From: Macrostomum lignano
Lineage: Eukaryota
Assembly (NCBI GenBank): GCA_002269645.1
Contig: NIVC01000604.1
Location: 310,001 to 374,000, forward strand
DNA: 64,000 nucleotides
Direction of reading: 5' to 3'
Shown piece after piece: positions 27,608 to 39,405 of this stretch. A program made the position numbers and the translations under genes. How positions within the stretch are numbered: the stretch's first letter is position 1; each line of letters starts with the position of its first letter. Below the pieces are notes generated by a model that saw nothing but the letters and a program-made list of their open reading frames with translations, was not told the DNA's origin and did not search any database.

Positions 27608-29011
27608 CTATGGACAAAATAGGTAAATTATACTTTGACTGAATTATTACTTAGATTTATGATCGTATGCAAAAATAAAGAGTTACTCACATCATTAGAC
27701 TACTAATAGTAGCCATCATAATTTTCTTAGTGCAATACTCAATCATTTCTTTGCATGCAGTTTAATTGTCCTGTCATGAAATAATGAGCAAAAAGGCATA
27801 TTATAATTTTTAGTATTGCCATAGTACAAATAAAACCATTTGTTCTATTTGAGCACCTATACTAGCAATCATCACCCAACCCCCCTATTGGGAAGGCAAC
27901 AAAGAAAGGAATAAAAAATGAATAAACTACATATTCATTGTATCCTTGTATAGTCACTAAATAGTCTAATCATGCTAATTGGTCTAAGATATCAGAATCC
28001 CCTATGAGCTTTGGCATCAAAGCCTCTTCTTAAGCATGACTTAACCTTAACTCACTTTGATCTATCTTTAGCTAGGACTACTAGCAACTCCCAATTTACT
28101 CTTGGCATCTCAGCAATCACCTCTTAGTCTATAAATGATGAGCATTTCATGAACCCCCTTATAAGTATTGGAAAGCAGTTATATGACATGTTTCAAGCAG
28201 TTAATTAATATATTTCAATTTGGAGTTACAATTTAGAAATCAACTATGATAAATAAAAAGCCAATTGTGATGTCATCATTATTGGTAGTAGATTAGCAAA
28301 CCTCCAAATATTTGAACTTTCTGTTTTGCAATATAGCCTTATACTTTTCAATTAGCCAATTCTCTTTGTCTACTATGCTCTTCCTCACAGATAATCCTAA
28401 CTATTAATTTACTATAGCTATTTCAGCTATCTTGATCATTATTTTAGTATAAATACAAGCTCAACTGGCAATTTAGGCCTTTCATTTATTTTTCTTCACT
28501 TTTCTTTACTAACCATTCATTCAATTTTCAACAATAATTAATTATCAATTTTGACAATTATAAAAAAATGTACTAATTAAATTTTGAGTCTAGAGTCTCA
28601 CAATATAATTAGTTTATATGAGTCTAGACTCAAATTTTAATTAGTACATTTTTTCATAACTCTTATGAATTTGATAAAAAACTGCTTGACCTTTGCAAAT
28701 AGCACCTTTTTATTGAATCCCTATAGCATTAAGCTATTTATTACCTATATGGCTATAGCTATAACATACTATCAAATGAAAATTTCTAATTGGATAATGC
28801 AAGTTTTATGAAAAAAATGAGCCACTGTTACTCTAAAACCAATCATTGTAATAAATACAAAATAAGATAAAATAAGCCTAATCATAAAAAAAACAAAATT
28901 TGAATAAAATAATAATGAAAATAAATATACTACAATATTAAGTCTAATTCTATCAACCTATATAAGCAATATCCCTAGGCCTATTGCCAGTATTGGTATT
29001 ATAGTTATAGC

Positions 29012-29542
29012 GGCATAGTTCTAGTTAATTCGCGATATTATTTTGCCTTTTGCTAAATTATTTCACTCTGTTTTTGTCACTTTCCAGGTTTGGCTTAAGT
29101 GTCACAAGTCAGAAAAACAGTCGGTTGAAGTTGCCAAGTCACTTAAATAGGGTAATACATGGAAGCCCAGTAAAGCATGGGGCCAAATGCATTGTTCGGG
29201 TACAGGCGGCGCCAGATATACTCTTCGAGATGACTCTCAAAGAGTACATCGCTTGTACCATGCATTGCGCGCAGGCGCCTCTTAGCAAGGGCCCAGGTGC
29301 CCTTGATGCAGTTTGTGTTATGCTTTGTGTTTGTGTTTGCATGTGCGAGACAGTTGATTAGGTGGGACAATAAATGTCAGGGCAGCTGGGCAGCTGGCCA
29401 TTGTGCAGATTAAGCTGAAAGGGTTGTGGTTCGGGTATAGATGCAGAATATACTATGTAAATGCAAAAAAACACATGAAAATTATATCGCGAAGTAAAGT
29501 AGAACTATGAAATAATATTGCGAAGTAAACTAGAACTATGCC
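29012..29542 (-). mobile_element. Merlin (IS1595/IS1016-like) DNA transposon, deletion derivative
   Basis: 8-bp TSD GTTATAGC (29004-29011, 29543-29550); ~29-bp TIR GGCATAGTTCTAG…; transposase C-terminal remnant HNTNCIKGTWALAKRRLRAMHGTSDVLFESHLEEYIWRR (29143-29370). Confidence 0.85.
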
Positions 29543-29830
29543 GTTATAGCCAATGGCCATTATCATAAACAATATGCCCTATTTAGTGCAGATAGGTTCC
29601 AATCACTTTGTCAATTGCCAATTATCTATTATTAACTTATGACCTTATCTGCTAAAATATACAAAGTAAACTTATCTGTTAATAACTCCTCTATTGCCAA
29701 CTTGTCTATTAATAATACCAATTTCAAGAACTTGGGCATTTTGGGATTTTTATAAATATTGTTTAAAACATATTAATTATAATTAAACATGAATTATTAT
29801 TGTTAATTATTAATTAATATATAACATAAT

Positions 29831-29909
29831 CGCCAAGACTAGGGACACAGTGGCTGTGTCCTTAGACATAGAGTTAAGAGACATGGCCGCCGTGTCCCTA
29901 GTCATGGCA
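29831..29909. mobile_element. ~80-bp MITE
   Basis: TIR GCCAAGACTAGGGACAC / GTGTCCCTAGTCATGGC; flanking direct repeat (A)TAACATAAT of 9-10 bp. Confidence 0.65.
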
Positions 29910-30272
29910 TAACATAATATAATAAAACAAATTAAATAATTATAATATAAGGGGTATCCAGCATGGTTCAGACCTTGGTTGCAATAGGGATCTATGTCTG
30001 AGCCTGTGAAAGGATCAAAGTTTGCCTATGCACTTAATAGGAATCAATAATTTTTTTAGTCAGGATGGTAGGTAACTCAACTTGTCTGCACAGGAAAAAC
30101 CTGCTTAGGAAAATTCCCAGAAAACAGCATTAGAGGAAATCTAAAGAATAGATACTTTAGCTTCTTCTATATTCTAGAAGACACTAGAAAAAGAATAATT
30201 TTATATTGCATTGCAGCATCAGCATGCTAGCAATAATAAGCTTGCTATTCGACACACTGCCTGCAAGAACAA

Positions 30273-33200
30273 GGGTGATTCTCATCGAGAGGTTTTGGAG
30301 GTTTTGAGGTTTTTCAGAGGTTTCATTTCGAACAAATATTTTTGCACAAAAATTTTAATACTGTACAAAAATTGAAATCTTACTGAAATTTACTAATGAA
30401 TACAAATTTTCTTTAGAATATAGCTCGGAGGTTTTGGATTCTTTTTAATTTTTCTTCTGATAGGCACGCGCGGAAATTATTTAACTTAGGCAACTATTTT
30501 ATGCTTTAAGAAAGTGGTTTTTTAAAAACACTGCACGCAACACAACACACTGGTAATGTCATCGTTGCCATTGGCATTTACATTCAAGGTGCAAAAACAA
30601 AAAAAAAATATTCGACTTAAAGGCGCTGCTTGAAATATACTGAAAACATATAGACAGCTGTTTCATCCATTTCCTGTTTTTACTTTTGAGTGCTGCATAC
30701 CATTTTGCATTCGAATTATGTAATGACATTGACGACCTGCATGCATACTGCCTCAGAGAAGTAAATAGAAGAATTATTCTTGTCTCAATGTTTTTTTATA
30801 AATATATGATGGCCTAGAATTACAAGTATGCATTTTTATTACTTAAAGCAGAGCATTAAATTTTTAATCATAAAATTTATTTTAATTACTAAAAGCTATT
30901 AGCTTTTCTCTCAAAAAATAACACTAGTTGCACAACTGCTACTGCTGACAAAAGCTCTCTAACACCTTAGATTTAGTTCTTATACAAACAAAATGCTTGC
31001 AGTAAGACTTTGTACATATATTGCACCACCTTTGTTTGATGCTAAAAATATATGTTGAGCAATAAGCTAGATAGCCGATACCAATATTTTTACTAGAGTT
31101 AAAACTAAAAAGTCATTGGACACATTTTTGACATTGTTTATTTAAAAATATCATAATTTCTTCAATATAAATGTATTATTGGCATCTTTAAAGATTGCAA
31201 GAACAAATGTATAGGAAAATCATTATGTTTATTGACTTTTGAAATTGATTGTTTATGAAAAGTTATAGATAAAAGTAATCATAATCAATGCCTTTTATTT
31301 CAACATACTTTGTTTCAGCTGCCAATACCATGCCTGAACTACCGCTTGCCTGGTCTCCTGCCTGCATTCTGAGCCTGTACAGGCCAACAATGCTTCATGT
31401 TTGTCTAATCTAATAACAGGCATTATGGCATTCCATGTCCTATACCCACTTATGTTGCGTCTCAGTGCAACCTAGCTCGCCACCCTTAGAGCTTTGGCAG
31501 GCTGGTTGCTTTTGTGGTGGCAATTGGTTTGGTTGTCAGCATACAGAAGATGGCTGTGCTCTAGCTACTAACCAGATGACATCAACCGACAGCCTAGGGG
31601 CTAATCTACTGCGCACTGCCTTCGAGATGAGTGACTGAAGTTCTTCAACTGCTTGCTGGCTGACGCGCTACAGCCTTCGTTTTTGCGGGCATCGTCTTTA
31701 ATATGCGCATTAACTCCTAAAGTTAAGAACTTCACTTTCATCTGAGTAAATAACAAGAAAAGACTTATATTCTCTCATGTAAAGATCTGAAATGTGAACT
31801 TTTAAACTGTTTTGATTTGACTCTCAAAGAATATTTATAATATAGCGTATTTAGGTAATGTAACAGCAATGTATAGATAAATATACATACTGATAGAGAA
31901 AATACAAAACGTTCCTTCTTTGTTTTTGAAATGCATTCTTGCAATGTTCGATGTTTTAAAAATGTAAGGCCTAAAAAATAAGGCAAGACCAATTGGCAAC
32001 TACCGTGAAGCTCGTTTGCTTGTATCAAGTTGGCGTACGCTGGCTGACATTGGGTTATCTATCAGACTTGGAGTCTCGCCGCACTAAACCCTTGAAAAAA
32101 CGTTAGCCAGCCTTTTGAGATGCAGCATAGCATTCCAGGTTCAATGACATGTCTATGAAGATGCATCCTACATCGTCAAGACCACCGAGGTGATCGAGAC
32201 CTCAATATTGTAGGGTGAGGAACATGGGCGATGCTTCTCCAGTGCGCGGTTTCCGCTACGGCCAGCAAAGTGCAATTGGGCAGTCGCATTATGTCAGTTG
32301 TAGTGAGTTCCATTTGGATCAGTAGCACTCGGCTGCTGCTGCTGCTGGACAAAAATGCTTGGTGTGAGTTCCCTTGACACAATTCCCGCAGGGCAATGAA
32401 GTGGGCTGCAAATTCCTCTCCAAGATTGGCACCAGCATGCCTGACATTGGTTTTCATGGCCTCCAATTGAGACTATCGAACCAGTTGATGCTGGAAGCCC
32501 AAAAATGCGACAATGGGACTCGAGTGCTGCAATGATGAGCAACAACGCTGAAGTCGAGCTGCACCAAAATGTCCTGTAATGGGTAATAGTGAAATGAGGA
32601 ATTTTATCTGTCTAATCATTGGAATGAACTTCCCTGAAAGGTCATGCCATAACTTTTGCTGAAAATCGCGCCATTAGGAATTTAGGGACACTAGCCATGT
32701 AACATGTATGAATGTCATCTCTTGCCCCAACCATTGGCCTTTGCTTTCAGCTACCCTTGATCCTCATACCATGTATATTGGAAAGACAGCATTTAGAAAA
32801 TTTACTCACTTGTTGCAGTCAAATGTAGTGAAGACCTTGGGGTGTCAAGAAAGACACTTGGTGGATTAATTTAATCGACTTCTAGAAGCATATCATCTTG
32901 TGCAATGGTATTTTAGTAGGTCATTGCTTTGCACGAATTCCCATAGTTTGATGGGCTCTGGAAAGATGGCATGATTGATAAAGGAATACAATGTTAGTCT
33001 TACATTTTAGTATATGGATGTAGTGTAAGTACTTAACATCATAAGAAAATCTAAAGATTTATAACCTTCTCCCCAACATGGTTGGCACCATGCATTTCAT
33101 TGGCATGACAACTACTGTGGATGATAAGAGAGTATATTGGTTTAATATTAAAAAAATTCACTTATAAAGTAAATTAAAAACTGAATAAAAATGTGATAAC

Positions 33201-34230
33201 TAGGCATACATAAGTACAAGCTACTATTTACTTTGAATATTTGCATAAAAAGACAAAAACTAAAGCAAGTTACTAATGTATAAGAGTAATAGAAATTGTA
33301 CTCACCCATATCAACTTAAATTATAACTGAATATAAATAGCTATTAATAAATTATAATTAAAATTAAAAAGTAAAAATTTCAGTTCATTAGAGCTTTCAA
33401 ATTTATACATAGAGGTAGAGCAATCAAATAAAAAATTGACATTTTTAAAGCCTGGTGAAAAGAATTATTCACTAGGATTAGAGACTTAGTCTTAGGTAAT
33501 AAATATTTTTATCCTGTGCATAGTGTGTTAGGATTTAGGATGATGATGTAAAAATAGTAAAATAATATAAAATAAAAATAATTTTTAGTAAATTGGATAT
33601 AAAATAAAAAAAGAATATCAAATAAGTGAAATAAAAATAATATATTTTACATTAAATATGCCTAGTAAAATACTTAGGGCCTTTAGTTAGTTAAACTAAC
33701 AATCTATATTAAATAGCGACTGATACTGATTTAATGAAAAAAATACTGACTTGGTCTTGTTAGTGTTAGTCATAATTTAAGTCTGGCTTAAAAATTGATA
33801 GCTTTCTTAAGACCAAGTAAAAAACAATATGAAATTCGCATTGGTAAATAGTGTCTGTATTTAATTACATGGACAGGTCTAGTAGAAATTAGGATAGTTA
33901 CGAATATGCATTGAAAGGGAACAACACACACTTGTGACGATTCGCAACTTTGCGCTTATGAAATGAAATGTGTCATGGAAGTCCCTACCACTCATGCTAC
34001 CACTTCGCACAAAAACAGTTAAATAATTTTCGCGCGTGCCTATCAGAAGCAAAATTAAAAAGAATCCAAAACCTCCGAGCTATATTCTAAAGAAAATTTG
34101 TATTCATTAGTAAATTACAGTAAGATTTTAATTTTTGTACAGTATTAAAATTTTTGTGCAAAAATATTTGTTCGAAATGAAACCTCTGAAAAACCTCAAA
34201 ACCTCCGAAACCTCTCGATGAGAATCAGCC
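30273..34230. mobile_element. ~3.96-kb long-TIR DNA element (Mutator-like by TSD and TIR length)
   Basis: ~215-bp TIRs (30273-30486 / 34017-34230) starting GGGTGATTCTCATCGAGAGG; perfect 10-bp TSD GCAAGAACAA (30263-30272, 34231-34240). No transposase motif recognised inside. Confidence 0.75.
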
Positions 34231-35463
34231 GCAAGAACAACTGCTTTCTAGTCTAGTCTTAAGTCTGTACAAGCTTAGAATTATTTTAAAAACTTTAAGT
34301 TGCCAAAAATTAAAAAAGTTACTCTTTATTTATAAAAAAAAAATAGCTTTAGCCTGTGAAATAGCTTTATTATGTTTTGTTTTATGCAGTTATATGTGTC
34401 AGCACGATTTCAAGTTTAACGAAACCCGAGGTGACGTGCCCGACGTTAGGCGATATAGAACTAGAGCACAGCAACAACCGCCTATAAGGCGGTCCGTGTC
34501 ATGCTATATGATACAGTAGCATGCTATTGATCGCCTTTTTTATGCGCACGTAGGCCCCAAAATGGCACAAATTTAAACAGCCGTTTCTGCTTATTTTTAT
34601 AGTTCACTATGCAAAGTAGCGATTTTACTACTATTTTCTAGTACAGTAATTTTAGTGTCACTAGAATGCTAGATAAATATTAGGATGATTTCTAAAGGTA
34701 CAAGTGTTAACATTTGATATTATTTAATGTAGGTCTAGCTGTTTATTATTTCAACATCATTGAAATAGCGAATTAATATTATTATTAGAACAAGAGAACA
34801 ATAAGGCTCGACCTGACTTAAGTGAACTTTAAAGCGTGACAGGAATAGGATGGCGCTCAGTTTGTAGCTAGGCCTATGCACAATTTTGTAACTCAATAAC
34901 TGTGTGACTAAGCTAAGGCTATATATTCTACTTTCTGAACCCTGAGTTTAGTAGGAGAGAAACTATCTAGTAAAGCTTGTGGCCTACTGATAAATTGAGT
35001 AGGCATTTAAATATTTAGGGTTCTAATAGACTATAGCCTATTATATATACCTAGTATAACTAGCTGCTAGCATAAAATTCTATAAATGGATGTATTTTTT
35101 GTATTTTAAAGTTTATAATTAAATTAGGTTCTATTCTACTATTTTATATTATAGGCCCTAGGCTAAGTCAATTACTGAAATAGTATTTAGTATTTAAATG
35201 TTCTATTTTTTGTTTTTTAACCTTCCCCTTCCCCACACACACCTTGCTAGCCTTCCCTAAACCCTGCTAGCCTTCCCTAAACCTTGCTAGCCTTCCCTAA
35301 ACCTTGCTAGCCTTCCCTAAACCCTGCTGTCTTTCATTATACCCTGATGGCCTTCTCATACCCTGCTGGCTTTTCCTACATCCTGGCTAGCCTTCCCCAC
35401 ACTTTGCCAGCCTTCCTTATACCCTGCCTTGCTGGCCTTCCTATACGCTGCTACCCTTTCTTA

Positions 35464-35738
35464 TATATATGTGCAACCCCCCTGATTTACACTGGCCATG
35501 CGACTTACTTTTTGACCAAAAATGCAACTTACCCATGAAAGAAACCCTAAAGCAACATCAATGCAATTTTGGTTAAACGGCAAGAGTAACTATGACTGTC
35601 TTATAAGGGCTAAATGCCTCATCATCTAATTAGTACTATGTCTATTCTTTGGGGTGGGCATTTTTGCGACTTATCCCTGGTCCACCACAATTTACAGTGG
35701 CCAGATCAGCCAGGTTGGCCAGCAGTTGCGCATGTATA
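35464..35738. mobile_element. hAT-type MITE nested in the left foldback arm
   Basis: 8-bp TSD CTTTCTTA on both sides; TIR TATATATGTGCAAC / GTTGCGCATGTATA; the right arm has one CTTTCTTA and no insert. Confidence 0.7.
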
Positions 35739-35754
35739 CTTTCTTACCTATATA

Positions 35755-36400
35755 GTAGTGTTCTGCCATAAAGAGGGTCCATGTACCATAGCCGCAGCCG
35801 TAAGCAAAACTAAGGCTTATTCCAATTCTCTGTATTCCATAGCCGTAAAGACCCCGAAATTACTAAATTCCCATAGTTCTCATAGCCATAGCTGTAGTTT
35901 TAACAAAAAGTCTAGAAAACAAAATATTTTGAATCAAGAAGATAACCTAATGCTTAAACAACTGCAAATTAAGGTAGAAAATAAAAGAATCACTCAATTG
36001 CCTTTGTAAGATTATATTTCGTCTTTTTTCAGAGCAACAATACTTAATCGTTACTGAAAGTACTAATGCTAAACTTTTTTGCATTAATAAAAATTAGAGT
36101 TTGCTAGTGTTTTATTGTACTTTTTTAGGTATATTTTATAAGTTTCTAGGTTGATAATACATTTTAGTAAAAGTATCTTTGTTTTACTTTACCTGTTTCT
36201 AATATTTTTTCAATTTTTTAAAATTAATGACTATGGCTATGGAAATCTACGGAATGTGATAGCAACTACCATATTTCCGTAGTCATAGCCATAAGAGCAG
36301 CTAGCTACTGTAGGCATATCCGTAGCTGCCATAGGCACCTATTTTACTGTATTTGCCATAGGATCCCATAGCTGTAGCTACGGCTACAGTAAAACACTAC
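35755..36400. mobile_element. MITE with TA/TATA target duplication nested in the left arm
   Basis: TIR GTAGTGTT / AACACTAC flanked by TATA; absent from the right-arm equivalent (CTTACCTATATAGACCTTCCC). Confidence 0.55.
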
Positions 36401-36789
36401 TATACAGACCTTCCCTATATCCTGGTGGCCTTTTCTATACTTTGCCACCTTTCTCTATATCCTGCTAGCCTTCCTTACACCCTATTGCCTTTTACCATAC
36501 CCTACTGGCTTTCCATACCCTACTACCTTTTCCTACTAATGCAGGCCTTCCCCATACCTTGCTGCCTCTCACTGTTTTCTGTAGGCCTTCCCTGCATCCT
36601 GCTTGCCTTCTTCATACCCTGCTGTCCTTCCCCACACCCTGCTTGCCTTTCCCACACCCTGCTGGCCTTCACCATGCCCTGAGGCCTTTACCATACCCTC
36701 CTGGCCTTCACTACCAATATAGGCCTTCTTCATACCTTGCTGGCCTTCGCCACACCATGAGGCCTTTACCACACCCTGCTACCCATAGA

Positions 36790-37440
36790 AACATTGTGTC
36801 CCTTGGACTCTGCATTTCGCTGGAGGCAAAAGTGACTTGGAAGGTGAACTTTGCAGTGGGAGACCCAGGACCTCCACCAGCTAGTGTCATCAAGCATATG
36901 CAGAGCCTCTTTGACAAGGACAGGCGAGTGACTGTTGCTGAGATAGCAGAGGCCTGTGGCATCAGTTATGACAGTGCAAGTCCATCCTGACAGTCCAGCT
37001 GGGAATTTTGAAGATTTTTGCCAGATGGGTTCTGCAACTCCTGACTTCACTGATGCAGTGCAACAGGGTGCAGGCTTGCTATCAGCTGATCTACATGATG
37101 CAATGCCGCCAAAAGAAGTTTCTTGACTCTATCATGACAGGGGGTGAGTCGATGAACCCACCATTGAAGAACAAGGCAATGCCATAGGTAAAGAATCAGA
37201 TGGGCACCATCTTCTGGGATTGCTGGGATGTGCTGCTGATTGAGTGGCTACCTGAGAAGCAGAGTCACGGGTAACTCCTACTCCACCTGAAGGAGAATAT
37301 CAAGGAAAAAAGGCTTGGAAACATTACCAGGGCTGCGTGGCTGGTCCATGATAACACTTTGGACAAGGTGCAGGCAGCCATTCGTGTGCGGGGTTCTATC
37401 TGGCAGCTCCACCACACTGCTCATTGTCAGCTGCCTCCCT
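36790..37440 (+). pseudogene. Degenerate mariner (DD34D-type) transposase
   Basis: Across frameshifts: FAGGKSDLEGELCSGRPRTST, DRRVTVAEIAEACGIS, ARWVLQLLT, FLDSIMTGGES, GTIFWD, LVHDN. These match the mariner SGRP, DRR.T..EIA, ARWVP.LLT, I.TGDE, FWD and LHDN motifs. Confidence 0.85.
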
Positions 37441-38084
37441 CAGACTCTGGAGGGGGCAACTCTCTAGAAGCTAAAAAGTTTCCTTTGTGGTCACCAGTAG
37501 TGCAAACAGCCAGGTGAAGATTGGTATGTTGAAGACATCAACTAGCTACTAGAGCTGGGTTTTTTTTGTGCAAATGGGTGCGAATAGCATCCTGGTCTTA
37601 AAAATCGCACCCTGAAATTTGACTCAGGGTGCGAAAAGTGCACCCAAATTTTTGCAAGGATATGATGTGGGTTTTACAATTTAGTGTTTTACTGTTATAG
37701 ACTGTTATGGATATGCGTTTGGAATTTGGAATTTGGATCATCATTGGATGGTTTGGATGGACAAAAACTTTGAAACACTATTAGTATTAGACCAGTTTTT
37801 GTCTGCAGCAGTGCAGCGCATCCTGGTCTTGAAAATCGCACCCTGAAATCTAGCACAGGGTGCGAAATCGCACCCAAGTTATGGACAAAAAAACCCAGTA
37901 CCAGAGTGCAGTGTGTCACTATGCAAGAACTTTTTTGAGAGGGTTCAGGATGATTAACAGTTTCATCATTGACAGAAATTTTTGATTGCCCCTCGTAGAA
38001 ACTCAATTGCCATAGCTTTTAAAATAAAAACTTTTAATTCATAACTAAATCAATAGTCCACCACTACAACTTTTTCTTGGCTGT

Positions 38085-38725
38085 TACTTGGCTGTTTCTT
38101 GGTTGCACAGCCGTCCCGTCAACTTTGACCAGTTGCACAGCTGTCCCGCCAACTTTGACTGGTTGCACAGCTGTCCTGCCAACTTTTACTGGTTGCACAG
38201 CTGTCTCGCCAACTTTGGCTAGTTGCACAGCTGTCCCGCCAACTTTGATCGGTTGCACAGCTGTCCCACCAACTTTGGCTAGTTGCACAGCTGTCCCACC
38301 GACTTTGGCTAGTTGCACAGCTGTCCCGCCAACTTTGATCGGTTGCACAGCTGTCCTGCCAACTTTTACTGGTTGCACAGCTGTCTCGCCAACTTTGGCT
38401 AGTTGCACAGCTGTCCCGCCAACTTTGATCGGTTGCACAGCTGTCCCACCGACTTTGGCTAGTTGCACAGCTGTCCCACCGACTTTGGCTAGTTGCACAG
38501 CTGTCCCGCCAACTTTGATCGGTTGCACAGCTGTCCCGCCGACTTTTACCGGTTGCACAGCTGTCCTGCCAACTTACCAGCACAGGTGAGTTGCTGCTTT
38601 TTCCCAGCAGCACAGGTGACTGGCTGCTCGTTCCCGGCAGCACAGGTGACTCGCTGCTCATTCCCAGCAGCACAGGTGACTTGCTGCTTGTTCCCGACAG
38701 CACAGGTTACTCGCTGCTCATTCCT
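38085..38725. repeat. Two adjacent 30-bp minisatellites (GGTTGCACAGCTGTCCCGCCAACTTTGATC; GCACAGGTGACT…)
   Basis: Direct reading of tandem units. Confidence 0.9.
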
Positions 38726-39085
38726 GGCTGTAGTAGTGAGTTGTTTAAGAAATTCACTGCATTGATGTTTTTCTCAAATTTTATTTGAGCCCTGGCATCC
38801 CAGATTCTTTGAAGCTCTGTTTTTGAGAGCTTTTGTGGGTGAATATCACTTTGAATTCTGGCCGACCAGTGAACCCATCAACTGTACAATGCAATTTTTC
38901 CAAATTGCAGCTGCCGTCTGCCGATAGCTTTCTCTAAAAGTAGAAGTAAAAGCATGTTTCCAGTATCAGGGATATTTATGCAGCAGAATAAAAACTAGTA
39001 ATAAATGTTCATAAATTTGTAAGCTTTTTACTTGTAAGTTAATATAGTGGAATTTCAGATATGGCAAAATGATTGCTAATGTAAT

Positions 39086-39405
39086 TAGTGCTGGGCATGT
39101 TACTTGTTACAAAAATGGTAACGATTGTTTCTTTTAGGAATTTTTCCTGTTACCATTACTCATTACCCATGACCATGATATTATGCATAATCACAATGGC
39201 AGCGTATCGAGTTAGTATAACAAAAGTAAAAAATGTTTCTTTCAATAGAATGGGGGACTAATGAAAACAGTAAAATAGCAATAACAATAGTCTTTTGCCA
39301 AAAATTATAAGAAGATCAAAGTAATGAGTAACAAAGTAACGATCGTTACTTTTTTCCAAAATTTTTTGTTACTTGTTAATTTTTTGAGTAACATGTCCAA
39401 CACTG
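39086..39405. mobile_element. hAT-type MITE (320 bp)
   Basis: 8-bp TSD AATGTAAT (39078-39085, 39406-39413); TIR TAGTGCTGGGCATGTTACT / AGTAACATGTCCAACACTG; GTTAC/GTAAC subterminal repeats. Confidence 0.75.

Noticed and set aside
32490-32545. RQWDSSAAMM, a weak resemblance to the hAT TRWNS motif
   Set aside because: No other hAT motifs were found, and the 10-bp TSD with 215-bp TIRs does not fit hAT.
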